A DNA stretch of 64,000 nt from Candidatus Methanomethylophilaceae archaeon (GCA_944320495.1 CALUHR010000013.1:128001-192000); one strand, 5' to 3'; counted from the first letter of the stretch, positions 50,018-59,928 are shown. Notes: generated by a model from the letters alone, not told the origin. A program made the numbers and translations.

Positions 50018-50881
50018 ATGAGCCCCGCGGTCGACCCTATGACATTCGATGAGCTGTCCGAGCTCTACAGGGTCGAGATGAAGAGCGCATCCCTCTCGCA
50101 GCCGAGGAGGGACCTCTACAGGGCGATGGCGAACCTCCTGACCTCCCTGCGCCAGGAGTACGACCGCCAGATGTCGAAGGACCCGGACTCTGTCATGACC
50201 GAGGGCGCGGAGCAGCGCCGTAAGAAGGCGGACCGCCTGTGCAAGGACATCATGGTCGTGCGCACCAGGAAGATCTCCGCCATGGCCATCCGCGGAGCGG
50301 AGGGCGGGCGCAACGCGCTGGACTGCCTCACGGACGAGGAGCGCACCTACTACGACGGCATCCTGGAGCTCACCAGGCGCCAGCTTTCGGAGGTCGACAG
50401 GCTCAGGGGCAAGAGGGTCACGGTCGAGACGCGCATCGACGAGCCCCCGGCCAGGGACGTGCCGCCGGCTCCCGAGCCGGAACCGGAGGAGATCCCGCTG
50501 GACGCCGTCCCAATGGACGACGAGCCATTCGACGACATACCCGAGGAGGACCAGTTCATCCCGGACGACGAGCCGGTCCCCGAACCGGAACCTGCGGTCT
50601 CCGAGGAGCCCCCGGTCGCGGAGACCCCCGTTCACGGGCCCGAGCCGGTCCCCGAGCCCTCTACAGAGCCCTTGGCCGCGCCGGAGGAACCCTCGGACAC
50701 GACCGTTCGGGAAGATGACCTCTCCCCCGAGCTCATAAGGATCCTCGAGGACCTGCCGCCCTTCGCGGGACCTGACAGGGACTACAGCCTCGCGAAGGAG
50801 GACCTGGTCACCCTGCCGAGGGTCCTGGCGGACGTCCTCGTCAACGCCGGCAAGGCCACCCGCATCACGCCTACGCCCTGA
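50018..50881 (+). CDS. GINS-family (Gins51-like) DNA replication protein
   Basis: Helical N-terminal domain, Pro/Glu linker, C-terminal IRILEDLPPFAGPDRDYSLAKEDLVTLP; TTTATA about 25 nt upstream. Confidence 0.7.
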   Translation: MSPAVDPMTFDELSELYRVEMKSASLSQPRRDLYRAMANLLTSLRQEYDRQMSKDPDSVMTEGAEQRRKKADRLCKDIMVVRTRKISAMAIRGAEGGRNALDCLTDEERTYYDGILELTRRQLSEVDRLRGKRVTVETRIDEPPARDVPPAPEPEPEEIPLDAVPMDDEPFDDIPEEDQFIPDDEPVPEPEPAVSEEPPVAETPVHGPEPVPEPSTEPLAAPEEPSDTTVREDDLSPELIRILEDLPPFAGPDRDYSLAKEDLVTLPRVLADVLVNAGKATRITPTP

Positions 50882-51629
50882 GCGTCCTGGAGTCCCCCAG
50901 GAACTCCAGACAATCGATGTTCAGGCGGCGTATGCCTGTTATCTCGGAGACGGTCTCCCTGGCGATGTCTGGCTCGTTGTTGGTCCTGCTCAGGTGCGCC
51001 AGGAAGATCTGGCGCCCGGAGTCGGTCATCGTGCGCCTGATCGCCTTTGCCGTGTCCACGTTGCACATGTGACCGTGGTCGCTGCCGATGAGCTGCTTCA
51101 GCTGCGGGGGATAGGGACCCTCGGCGAGCATCCTGGCGTCGTAGTTCGCCTCGATGACCGCGATGTCCGCCTCCTTGAGGGCGGCCTCGATCTGGAACGT
51201 CAGCTTCCCGGTGTCGGTGGCGAGGAGCACCTTCTTCCCGTCCACCTGCGTGTAGTAGGCGCACGGCTGGACGGCATTGTGGACCGTGGGCAGCGGTGTC
51301 ACGTGGAACTGGCCGATGTCGAAGCTCCCCGACGGGTCTATGGGGACATAGTCCACGCTCCCCAGGTTCAGTGCCGAGAACGTCGCCTCGTTGCACATGA
51401 CAGGCACACCAAGCTTCCTGGCAGTGGCGCCGGCGCCGCTGACATGGTCGCTGTGCTCATGCGTGACGAGGATGGCTTTGACCATCTCCTTGTCGACGCC
51501 CTCCTGCTCCATCTGTTTGAGGATCTTTTTGCAGCTGATGCCGGCGTCGATCATTATGGCCTCGCCGTCGCTCTCTATGACGGTGCAGTTCCCGTCGCTG
51601 CCGCTGGCGAGGACGTGTACCTCCAGCAT
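50871..51629 (-). CDS. Metallo-beta-lactamase-fold hydrolase (YycJ/PhnP-like)
   Basis: ASGSDGN, THEHSDH, ATDTG, EANYD, GHMCN, AHLS; ends TAG GCG TGA. Confidence 0.9.
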   Translation of the reverse strand: MLEVHVLASGSDGNCTVIESDGEAIMIDAGISCKKILKQMEQEGVDKEMVKAILVTHEHSDHVSGAGATARKLGVPVMCNEATFSALNLGSVDYVPIDPSGSFDIGQFHVTPLPTVHNAVQPCAYYTQVDGKKVLLATDTGKLTFQIEAALKEADIAVIEANYDARMLAEGPYPPQLKQLIGSDHGHMCNVDTAKAIRRTMTDSGRQIFLAHLSRTNNEPDIARETVSEITGIRRLNIDCLEFLGDSRTLRA

Positions 51630-51635
51630 CCCGCT

Positions 51636-52121
51636 TCAGACCTTCTTCTTGTAGAGAGCGAAGATGATGTCGCCACGGGAGATGATCCCGACCACGACGC
51701 CCTTCTCGACGACGGGCAGGCGGTTGACCTTGAGCTCGATCATGGACTTGAGGACCTCCATGATCGTGGTGTCCGGGGTGGCGGTGAGGACGGTGCGGGT
51801 CATGACATCGGAGACGAGCTTGTTGGAGATCTCCTCGGAGATCTTCTTCAGCCTCTCGTCGGGCTCGCTGGCGGAGTCCATGGAATAATTGAGCATCACC
51901 GAGTCCGACTGCTCCCTGTCCAGGGCAAGCTGGTAGTGCAGGATGAGGTCGAGGATGTCGTTCTCGCTGAGGATTCCGAGAAGGTGGTTCCTGTTATCGA
52001 CGACGGGCGCGCCGGATACGTTGTCTAGAGCCAGCTTTATGACAGCCTTCTTGAGGTTGTCGTCCGGCTTGAGCGTGACCACCTGGGTCGTCATCAGATC
52101 CCTGACCTTCAACTTGGACAT
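51636..52121 (-). CDS. CBS-pair protein
   Basis: VRDLMT, GAPVVD, GILSENDI, VSDVMT, LPVV, GIISRGDI. Confidence 0.9.
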   Translation of the reverse strand: MSKLKVRDLMTTQVVTLKPDDNLKKAVIKLALDNVSGAPVVDNRNHLLGILSENDILDLILHYQLALDREQSDSVMLNYSMDSASEPDERLKKISEEISNKLVSDVMTRTVLTATPDTTIMEVLKSMIELKVNRLPVVEKGVVVGIISRGDIIFALYKKKV

Positions 52122-52239
52122 CGGACGCGGGTATCGTAGTGACGCATATATTGGTTTGGTGGAGGGCTGGACAGACTCCGTCGGCCTCCGGCCCAATAGA
52201 TAGTTTTATGTACAAGCAGGATATGAGCATCTTTGTCGT

Positions 52240-52316
52240 GGGCCTGTAGCTCAGCTAGGTAGAGCGTCCGACTCTTAATCGGACGGCCAAGGGTTCGAAT
52301 CCCTTCAGGCCCGCCA
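52240..52316 (+). tRNA. tRNA-Lys(CUU), CCA encoded
   Basis: TCCGA-CT-CTT-AA-TCGGA anticodon arm, GGTTCGAATCC, ...GGCCCGCCA. Confidence 0.97.
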
Positions 52317-52815
52317 CTTGTTTTCTATCACTGCCTTCAGTAACGATGGTCTTTTCGTTTCGTCAATTCAACGGAACTCCTGGTGTGCGACATGGACGAC
52401 ACGATACAATTGGGCGGTACTGCCTGAACGAACTGAGCTGCTCGTCCATCCTGCTGATGGCCTACATCTGTCCGCGCACATCCATGCTCTGAGACAGCAT
52501 GGGGTAGAACGGCACCTTCCTCCTGTGACGAACTGGATATCCAATCGGGCGGTAGAGCGAATAATCCTTCTTATTGTGGTAATTGGCCAGGATAATGATT
52601 GATTCTCGAATTTTTATTATATCAAATTTTTTCTATTATCATAATTTTTTATCGTAATTAACAAGCATTTATACAGAGACCTCACCGAAGATGACATGCC
52701 AGGTCTCAGCCAGACTATGGCATCAGTGGTCCGGATTCTGCGAAGGCATCCGGCGATCCCCCGATGGGATGGATGTGCCGGACCATAGATCGCGGACGAA
52801 GACGAGTCCTCCTGA

Positions 52816-54345
52816 TCGCAGGTCCTTCGCCATGTACGGCAGGTCGTACCCGTATCCGAGGGACGCGTAGTATCTCCTGACGCCCACCCCGCTCGTGACC
52901 CTGATCCTGCCGTACCCGCGCTCCCTTGCGAGGTCCTCGGCCCTGGCGACCAGCTCGCGGCCGAACCCGCGGTGCTGCCACTCCCCCTCGTCGCCAATCG
53001 ACGCGGCCTTCCCGAAGACCTTCAGCTCGCGGATGGTCGCGTTGGCGTCGAGCCTCAGGCGGGCGTATCCGATCAGGGAGTCCCTGTACTCGTAGGTGAT
53101 GAACAGCTCCGTGCCGCCGCAGGCCTCGTACTCGATCACCTTCGGCTCGGCGTCCGCCGGGTCCCTCAGGACCACGCCGGTGTGGCCGACCTCCCTGCAG
53201 CGGATGCACCTGCACGGGCGGCCCTCCGCACGCATGCGGTCCTCGACGAGCTGGCGGATGTTGCTGGTGGTTATGCCCGCGGCGATCTGCGGCGCGGGAA
53301 TGTCCCTCTGGATGCGCTGGATGCGCACGTACTCGGGGACGACGGACTTCATGTCGGCCAGCAGGCGGACGGCGGTCTCGGTGTCGTACGGCTCGTATTC
53401 CCCGGCCCTCCACATATCGTAGAGGCCGGTGCCATCGATCACGAGGGTCGTGTAGAACTTGAGCATGTCCGGACGGTACGCGGGGTCGTCGAACACCCTC
53501 CTGAAGCATTCCAGGTCGTGCTCCGGCGACGATCCCGGCAGTCCGGGCATGATGTGGTAGCAGACCTTCAGGCCGTGCTCCCTGCACTCGCGGGTACACC
53601 TGCGGACCTCTTCGGTCCCGTGGCCCCTGTCCACCCCCCTGAGTATGTCGTCATCGAGAATCTGCACGCCGAGCTCCACCCTTGTGGCCCCCAAGGCCAT
53701 GGCGCGCTCGATCTGCTCCGCCCCGAACACGTCCGGGCGGGTCTCGACGGTGAGCCCGACGCACCTGTGAGCGGAGGTCTCGTTCAGACGCTGCGCCTCC
53801 TCCAGCGTCCCCGAGTCGGTACCGTTCATGGCGTCGAAGCACCTGCGCACGAACCACTCCTGATAGTCGGCGTCGCGGCTGGTGAAGGTCCCGCCCATGA
53901 CGATGAGGTCGATCTTGTCGGTCGGATGGCCGATGTCCGTGAGCTGGCGTATGCGGTCGGTCACCTGCAGGAAGGGGTCGAAGTCGTTCCTTCCCGCGCG
54001 GCGTGCGGCCGGCTCCTTGCCCGTGTAGGACTGCGGGGAGCAGTTGCCCACCCCTCCGGGGCAGTAGGTGCACCTGCCGTGGGGGCAGTCGTGAGGAGAC
54101 GTCATCACGGCGACTACGGCCACGCCGGACATCGTGCGCATGGGCTTCTTGACCAGGAGCGGCAGCAGGAGGTCCCTGTCCTCCTCGCGGACGTTCGCCA
54201 GGATGCTGGAGTTGGGGGGCACGCCGGCGAGTCCGTACCTCTTGCAGAGCTTCAGCTTGAGGTTCTGCAGCTGGTCCCTGTCGCGGACGGTCCCGTCCCT
54301 CACCGCCTGGATGAGGTCGGCGGAGAGCTGTGAGACGTCATCCAT
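52816..54345 (-). CDS. elp3: Elp3 tRNA U34 acetyltransferase (radical SAM + GNAT); ends at CGA 52816-52818 (standard-code end 52723)
   Basis: CPHGRCTYCPGG, MGGTF, ETRPD, RIQRDIP, CRCIRCRE, WQHRGFG, YMAKDL. Confidence 0.95.
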
Positions 54346-54592
54346 AGTAGGCGCTGCTGGTCTCCTTCTTCTCGGGCTCCTCGGGGGCGGCCTCTAGCTC
54401 GTCCATCACGGAGATGAGCGAGGCGACGACCATCCTCTTCCTCCCGTCGACGTCGAAGACGAGGGCGGTGTCCGACCCTATGACGGACATGCCCCTGTAC
54501 ACCCCCTCGAAGGTCTCCGCCTGGGTGGCGGTGATGCGGTGAACGACGGAATATCTGGAACCGACCGTGACCCTGTACTCCTGCTCCATCAT
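54338..54592 (-). CDS. Small hypothetical protein
   Basis: Host-like GC3, GGAGTGATC before ATG, coupled to neighbours. Confidence 0.7.
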   Translation of the reverse strand: MMEQEYRVTVGSRYSVVHRITATQAETFEGVYRGMSVIGSDTALVFDVDGRKRMVVASLISVMDELEAAPEEPEKKETSSAYYG

Positions 54593-54594
54593 GA

Positions 54595-55044
54595 TCACTC
54601 CTTGGAAACTAGGTCCTGGAAGTGGGCGATGGTCTTGCGGTAGTTCTCCATCGCCATGGACACATTGGCCTCGGTGAAGCTCCAGGCCTTGGAGAGGTCG
54701 CCGAACCTTATGCGGTAGCCCTTGCGGACCTGCCCGTCGTACTCGACATCCATGGCTTCCAGGAGGTCCATGGACTTCAGCTTGTTTATGTGGCGGTAGA
54801 TGGTGGGCTTGGTGGTGCCCAGGAGGGCGGCCAGCTCCTCCACCGTCCACGCCTTGGACGGGTGGGCCATGAGATGCTCCATGAAGAGGCGGTAGGGGAC
54901 GCTGTCCCTGATCGTGGTGACCCCCGTCTTCGGGTCGTAGCCCTTCGGCAGGTATCCGATCTGGACCAGGAACGTCTCCGCTACCACGTTGACGTCGTCC
55001 ACGCCGGACATTGGTGTGTTGCTGACGACCTGGAGCTCGAACAA
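54595..55044 (-). CDS. Winged-HTH transcriptional regulator
   Basis: WTVEELAALLGTTKPTIYRHINKL. Confidence 0.82.
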   Translation of the reverse strand: MFELQVVSNTPMSGVDDVNVVAETFLVQIGYLPKGYDPKTGVTTIRDSVPYRLFMEHLMAHPSKAWTVEELAALLGTTKPTIYRHINKLKSMDLLEAMDVEYDGQVRKGYRIRFGDLSKAWSFTEANVSMAMENYRKTIAHFQDLVSKE

Positions 55045-55135
55045 ATTATAGCCTCCCTCGTGGCAGAGTTAAGCTAGAACTTAAACTTGATGCCATCCGG
55101 ATGCCTGGGCACCCGGAGGCCCCCGCGAGCGGGTT

Positions 55136-55648
55136 TCAGATCAGGTCCTTGAGCCTGTCGATGGCCTTCAGGATGCTGGCGTAAGGAATCGCGCGGGACA
55201 CCGGGATCGCCAGTATCTTCTCGATGGTGGGCGCCACGATGGGCGCGCACACGACTCCGAGGGCCCCGTCGCGCTCCGCGCGGACGGCTGCGATGATCGC
55301 GTCCTCCACCGTGGAGACGGGGTACTCGCGTATGCTGACCGTGAGGCCGTCCAGGTCTATGGTCTTCGGGAGGTTCTCGACGACCATGTTGCTCGCCACG
55401 ACGGCGATGAAATGGGACTCCTCCGGCTCCATTATGATCTTGAGGGATTTGATCACCTGGCGGACGGTGCGGAGGTTCGGCTCCCTCTTGTCCTCCAGGA
55501 TCTTGTACATCGTGCTCTGGGACACGCCGGAGATCTGGCAGAACTCGTTCAGGGACATGTTGAGCTCGTCCTCCAGGATGCTGCGGAAGGCCTTCTGGAA
55601 GCCTCCCTCCTCCCTCAGCATGCCGCTTATCAGATCAGATACTGTCAT
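55136..55648 (-). CDS. XRE-type HTH regulator
   Basis: MSLNEFCQISGVSQSTMYKI...REPNLRT. Confidence 0.8.
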   Translation of the reverse strand: MTVSDLISGMLREEGGFQKAFRSILEDELNMSLNEFCQISGVSQSTMYKILEDKREPNLRTVRQVIKSLKIIMEPEESHFIAVVASNMVVENLPKTIDLDGLTVSIREYPVSTVEDAIIAAVRAERDGALGVVCAPIVAPTIEKILAIPVSRAIPYASILKAIDRLKDLI

Positions 55649-56535
55649 CCCTTGGCCCCCTTGGCGAAGTCCGCGGCCTCCATGCCGGCGACACAGCCCT
55701 GGCCGACCGCCTTGGCGACCTGCCACGGCCTCCCGGTGACGTCCCCGCAGGCGAAGAGCCCGGGGACCCCCGCCACGCGGCAGGACGCATCGACCTTCAG
55801 GGTGTCGTCGATCTCGGGCATCGCGCCGAGGTCTAGCGCTATGTCCGCGGCCGACCTGGCGCCCAGCTCTATGAAGGCACCGTCCGTCGGGATCACTGTG
55901 CCGTCCTCCAGCGTCACTGACTCCACCCTCCCGTCCCCGTCTATGGAGACGGGCCTGGACCCGTGGACGATTGCGCCGGCCCCTTCCGCTCTCTTTGACG
56001 CGGCCTCGGTGGCCTTCAGGTCCCAGCGGACCCAGTGGGTCTCCGATGCGTACCCGGTCATGAGCTCGGCCGCGGCCGCGGCCTCGGAATCGTTGCCGAT
56101 GACGACGACGCGCCGTCCGCGGTAGAAGTTGCAGTCGCAGACCGCGCAGTAGCTGACGCCCTTGCCGAAGAGCTCCTTCTCGCCGGGAACGCCCAGCTTC
56201 AGGCGGGAGACCCCGGTGGCTATGACCACGGCCTTCGCCCTGACGGAGTCGCCGCCCTCCAGGCCGAGGACGAAAACACCGCCCTCGACGGATGCGGAAC
56301 CGACGTTCTCGGCCACGAACACCGCGCCGGTGGCCTCCGCCTGCTCCCTGCCGCGCTCCAGGAGGATGTCTCCGGACACGGGGCCGGCGCCGAAGTAGTT
56401 CTCCAGCTCGGTGCCGCTGATCGCGCTGCCCCCGGAGCGTCCGAGGACGACCGTCCTCGCCTTCTTCCTCGAGGACTGGATGGCCGCCTGGATGCCGGCG
56501 GGGCCGGCGCCTATGATCGCTACGTCGGCGTCCAT
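55645..56535 (-). CDS. trxB: Thioredoxin reductase-like FAD oxidoreductase
   Basis: GAGPAG, IATG, GVSYCAVCD, FACGDV. Confidence 0.88.
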   Translation of the reverse strand: MDADVAIIGAGPAGIQAAIQSSRKKARTVVLGRSGGSAISGTELENYFGAGPVSGDILLERGREQAEATGAVFVAENVGSASVEGGVFVLGLEGGDSVRAKAVVIATGVSRLKLGVPGEKELFGKGVSYCAVCDCNFYRGRRVVVIGNDSEAAAAAELMTGYASETHWVRWDLKATEAASKRAEGAGAIVHGSRPVSIDGDGRVESVTLEDGTVIPTDGAFIELGARSAADIALDLGAMPEIDDTLKVDASCRVAGVPGLFACGDVTGRPWQVAKAVGQGCVAGMEAADFAKGAKG

Positions 56536-56846
56536 CAGAGGGAGCTCACGTAGGAGACGAGGTCTTCCTTGGGCCTCAGACCGACGAGCGCGTCCACGAG
56601 GACCCTGTCCTTGAAGACCAGGAGCGTGGGGATGGCGTTGATGTTGAACCTGATGGCAATGGCCTGGTTGTCGTCGGTGTTGAGCTTGGCGAACGCGGCC
56701 TTGCCCTCGAGCTCAGCGGCAGCCTCGTCGACTATGGGGCCCATACGCCTGCAGGGTCCGCACCAGGGGGCCCAGCAGTCGATAACCGCGATGTGGTTGG
56801 ACTCCACGAAGGAGTCGAAATTAGTCTCGTTGAGTTCGGTCACCAT
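56535..56846 (-). CDS. trxA: Thioredoxin
   Basis: WAPWCGPC, IPTLLVF. Confidence 0.95.
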   Translation of the reverse strand: MVTELNETNFDSFVESNHIAVIDCWAPWCGPCRRMGPIVDEAAAELEGKAAFAKLNTDDNQAIAIRFNINAIPTLLVFKDRVLVDALVGLRPKEDLVSYVSSL

Positions 56847-56897
56847 TGAATGAACACCGGGCACCGTATGGGCCCGGCTTGTATTTTAGAGAATGGT

Positions 56898-57479
56898 TCG
56901 GAGGATGTGCGTGCGCCTGGCGAGCTCCAGGTCCGGCATCTCCCCGATCCTGCGGGGGATGACGTCGAGGTTCTCGCCGTACAGCTCGGAGAGCTCCCAG
57001 TGAAGGGCCTCGACCCTGTCCGCGCCGCGGTCGGCGCCCTTGGAGCGGAGCTTCGACACGGAGTGCTCGTGGGAGACCACGCGGTTGTCGCTCACCATGT
57101 TGTCCGCATGGGCGACGATCTTCTCCTCGATGGTCCGGGGCATGTAGTCCGCCGGCGGGAGGCCCATCTCCGCCACGTCCTCGTCGTCCAGACCGGCGCC
57201 CGTGTGCTTGCGGACGATGTCCACCAGCGCGGGCGACAGCCCGTGCGCGGCGACGATCTGGGAGCCTATGTACGCGTGCATTATCGAATGGTCCACGGAG
57301 CGTCCGATGTCGTGGAGCAACGCCCCTGCCGTCACCAGGGCCCTGTCGGCGTCGATGCGCGTGAGCATCTCCTGCGCCACGGCGTTCACCGTGCAGCAGT
57401 GGATGATGACCCTGCGCTTGCATCCGGCGTCCTTCAGGAGCTCGATGCACTCCGCATCGCTGGGGATCGTGCTCGACAA
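56898..57479 (-). CDS. HDIG-type HD-domain protein (TTG start); ends at CGA 56898-56900 (standard-code end 56886)
   Basis: IIHC, LLHDIGR, KHTGAG, EEKIVAHAD. Confidence 0.85.
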
Positions 57480-57987
57480 CGGTCTTCCCCCTCTCGTTCG
57501 GGACCACCTCGAGGTGGCCCCCGCGGTCCTCGTAGAGGGCCTTCCCCTCTGTGAAGCGGTCCAGGAAGATTGCCAGCGCCGCTATCTCCGAGTGCGGCTG
57601 GTTGCCCACGGAGACGTTGAAATCCGCGCGCTGGTACACCTCGGCGGGCACCTTCTCGGCACCCACGACTATGAGTATGTCCTCGTCCCGCGGGATCTTG
57701 GGCAACGCCTCGTCGACCCTCTGCCCGTACATGGTCAGATGGACGACCTTCCCGGGGAAGTCCTTGATCTCCTGCTTCCAGGAGACCCCGGTCTTTATGG
57801 TGTAGTCCCCGCCGAACCTCTCCACGACGCTGCGGATGTTCTCCTCCAGCACCGGGTCCTCCGTGTCCACGAATATGCCTTTGGCACCGAGTGCGCGGGA
57901 GCTCAGGGCCACATGGGTGGTGACCCTCTTGTCCCGCTCCGGACGGTGGCCGATCCTCATTATCCAGATTCCGGCCAAATCCGTCAC
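57457..57987 (-). CDS. trm56: tRNA (cytidine-56-2'-O)-methyltransferase, 176 aa; ends at CGA 57457-57459 (standard-code end 56821)
   Basis: RIGHRPERDKRVTTHVAL, HLTMYG, VGAEKVP, VGNQPHSEIAALAIFLDR. Confidence 0.94.
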
Positions 57988-58484
57988 TCTTCGCGAATGA
58001 GTTCGATCCTGTGCCCGCGGTAGTCCATCTTCACGGACCTGCGCACCAGGCTCTTCAGCATGGTGGACGAGAGACCGAGCGCCTCGGCGACATCTCCGGA
58101 GAACCTTCCCTCCTTGCCGACCTCGGCGAGGATCTTCTCCTCGATGGCTGAATACTCCTCGTCGCTCATCATGGCTGCCGTGAGGACGTCACTGATCTCG
58201 TAAACGGGCCACTGGGCGTTGATGCTGAAAGACGTGTAGTAGGTGTGGTAGGACTTCTCGGGATATCCTCCGTCCTTGGAGAGCCAGCGCGTCTCGACCA
58301 GCTTCATCTTCTCGAAGAAGATGATTGCATCCCTGCCCTCGGGACCGAACTTGGCCTCGATCTCGTCGGCAGTCCTCCATTCCAAGGTCACCTCTTTCAG
58401 AACGTCCCTTTTCACGGGAGTATCAACGGACCTCAGCATCGGGACCAACTCCGACGGCTCGTTGATGACCTTGATCCTGTTCAT
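57984..58484 (-). CDS. Archaeal ArsR-like transcriptional regulator
   Basis: INEPSELVPML, WRTADEIE, PEKSYHTYY. Confidence 0.7.
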   Translation of the reverse strand: MNRIKVINEPSELVPMLRSVDTPVKRDVLKEVTLEWRTADEIEAKFGPEGRDAIIFFEKMKLVETRWLSKDGGYPEKSYHTYYTSFSINAQWPVYEISDVLTAAMMSDEEYSAIEEKILAEVGKEGRFSGDVAEALGLSSTMLKSLVRRSVKMDYRGHRIELIREE

Positions 58485-58679
58485 GAACAGACTGGATGCG
58501 GTCGTAGGTATATAATGGTTCAACGATTCGCAGGTATATGATATTTAAATCATGAATTATCGATTGCATATTTGATGCTATATTATCAACATAATTGAAC
58601 ATAATGGTCCATGTAAACGGGCATCCAGCACCGTGCCGCTGTAATAAGGTTTAATACGGACGCCCCCAATCCGCGCACA

Positions 58680-58847
58680 ATGAAAGCAGAGAAACAGCCC
58701 GAACTGGTCTGGCAGTGCCTGAACTGCTACAGGACCTACAAGGGCCCCGACGCGCAGCAGAAGGCTCTCGACTGCTGTGGCTCCGTCACTCAGGGCTGGT
58801 GGGCCAACTACAACAAGTGGGGCAAGCAGAAGTGGTACGGCCGCTGA
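58680..58847 (+). CDS. 55-aa Cys/Trp-rich small protein (absent from ORF track)
   Basis: MKAEKQPELVWQCLNCYRTYKGPDAQQKALDCCGSVTQGWWANYNKWGKQKWYGR; strong GC3; GGTTTAATA about 25 nt upstream. Confidence 0.75.
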   Translation: MKAEKQPELVWQCLNCYRTYKGPDAQQKALDCCGSVTQGWWANYNKWGKQKWYGR

Positions 58848-58900
58848 TCGGCCCCCAGAAACCCCTTACCGTTCTCATTTTCCTATAGGAGTGTGCGCGA

Positions 58901-59209
58901 TTGACCGAACCCAAGGACCCGGTCGAATCTGTCAACGACGACCTTGAGCTTCTCGAGAGGCACATCTCCATACTTCGGACCGTCCGTGACAACCAGCCCG
59001 TCGGGCTGATACGCCTGTCGGAGATGACCGGCATACCGAAGCACCGCGTCAGGTACTCGCTCAAGATCATGGAGCAGCAGGGCATCATCATCGCCACCCC
59101 CGAGGGCGCCATGGTCTCCGACGGCTACGACGCATTCATGGCCTCCATGGCCGAATCCGTGAAGAGGCTGGCCGAGAAAGTCTGCCTTCTGAGGGATGCT
59201 CTCCGCTGA
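58901..59209 (+). CDS. Winged-HTH protein (COG3388-like), TTG start
   Basis: LELLERHISIL, PVGLIRLSEMTGIPKHRVRYSL. Confidence 0.8.
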   Translation: MTEPKDPVESVNDDLELLERHISILRTVRDNQPVGLIRLSEMTGIPKHRVRYSLKIMEQQGIIIATPEGAMVSDGYDAFMASMAESVKRLAEKVCLLRDALR

Positions 59210-59303
59210 ACCTGGACTCCATCGGCTGCCCACAGTGCGGGCACATGGAGAACGGCATTATGTCCGATATCTCCGCGCCGCAGAACTCGCACCTGTCGCT
59301 CAT
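59136..59303 (-). CDS. Small double-Zn-ribbon protein (3' end uncertain)
   Basis: AGGAGG then MSDRCEFCGAEIS...CPHCGQPM; 74-nt convergent overlap with the wHTH gene unexplained. Confidence 0.45.
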   Translation of the reverse strand: MSDRCEFCGAEISDIMPFSMCPHCGQPMESRFSGEHPSEGRLSRPASSRIRPWRP

Positions 59304-59823
59304 CGCCCCTCCTCCCGAACACGCTGACGAAGCGCTCCGCACATCCTGGATCCGCCGGGACGGCGGACCTGAAGCGGATCGTGTCCAGCGCCTCCACATA
59401 GTACGGCCGGAGATCCGCGCTGGCACTGACCCTCGGTCCCATGGGCCCGCGCTCCGACAGCACCTAGAAGAACCCGTCGGTGGCCATGCCGCGGGGCGTC
59501 CCGTGCCCGCGCATGAAGGCCATGACCTGCCGCAGGGGATCGTCCACGGGACGGTTCATCGGGACCATCGCGAGGATCGTGCCATCGTATCCGCCCAGAC
59601 CGTCGAGGCAGTACTCCGGGTCGCCGTAGCCGATTCCGCGCATCACCGGCATCACCAGCGTGCGCTTGGTCAGCTCGTACGGGGACTCGAACCCGGCCAG
59701 CCCCTTGAAGCCGGGAGTGAAACGGCCGGACACGGCCGCCCCGCACATCCTGACGCCCATGGAGCGGTCCAGCTCGCGCACCGCACCCATGCACACCTCC
59801 GACAGTGGATTCCCGTGGATCAT
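59296..59823 (-). CDS. Hypothetical protein with in-frame TAG (59464-59466) and CGA end (59296-59298)
   Basis: ORFs 59464-59823 and 59125-59463 abut in one frame with continuous GC3 bias; the CGA overlaps the next ATG by 8 nt. Confidence 0.55.
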
Positions 59824-59928
59824 GCCTCTTCGACCCCGCAGGGGTTCATAAGCCGAAGGGGGTGGGTGCGCCGAATGCCATTCTTAAGGAGGAGAGAGCC
59901 AGCATCCGTGTTCCCCACCGTACTGTGA

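Noticed and set aside
42647-52316. Near-identical sequences at 42647-42723 and 52240-52316 as att sites of an element
   Set aside because: They are two complete tRNA-Lys isoacceptors in inverted orientation enclosing housekeeping genes
57457-57480. Programmed +1 frameshift producing a Trm56-HD fusion
   Set aside because: No slippery sequence seen; a CGA stop plus TTG start is simpler
12232-57987. CGG as a second recoded or stop codon
   Set aside because: CGG occurs internally at conserved Arg positions (Ugd DPRIG, Trm56 HRPERD) and in many other genes
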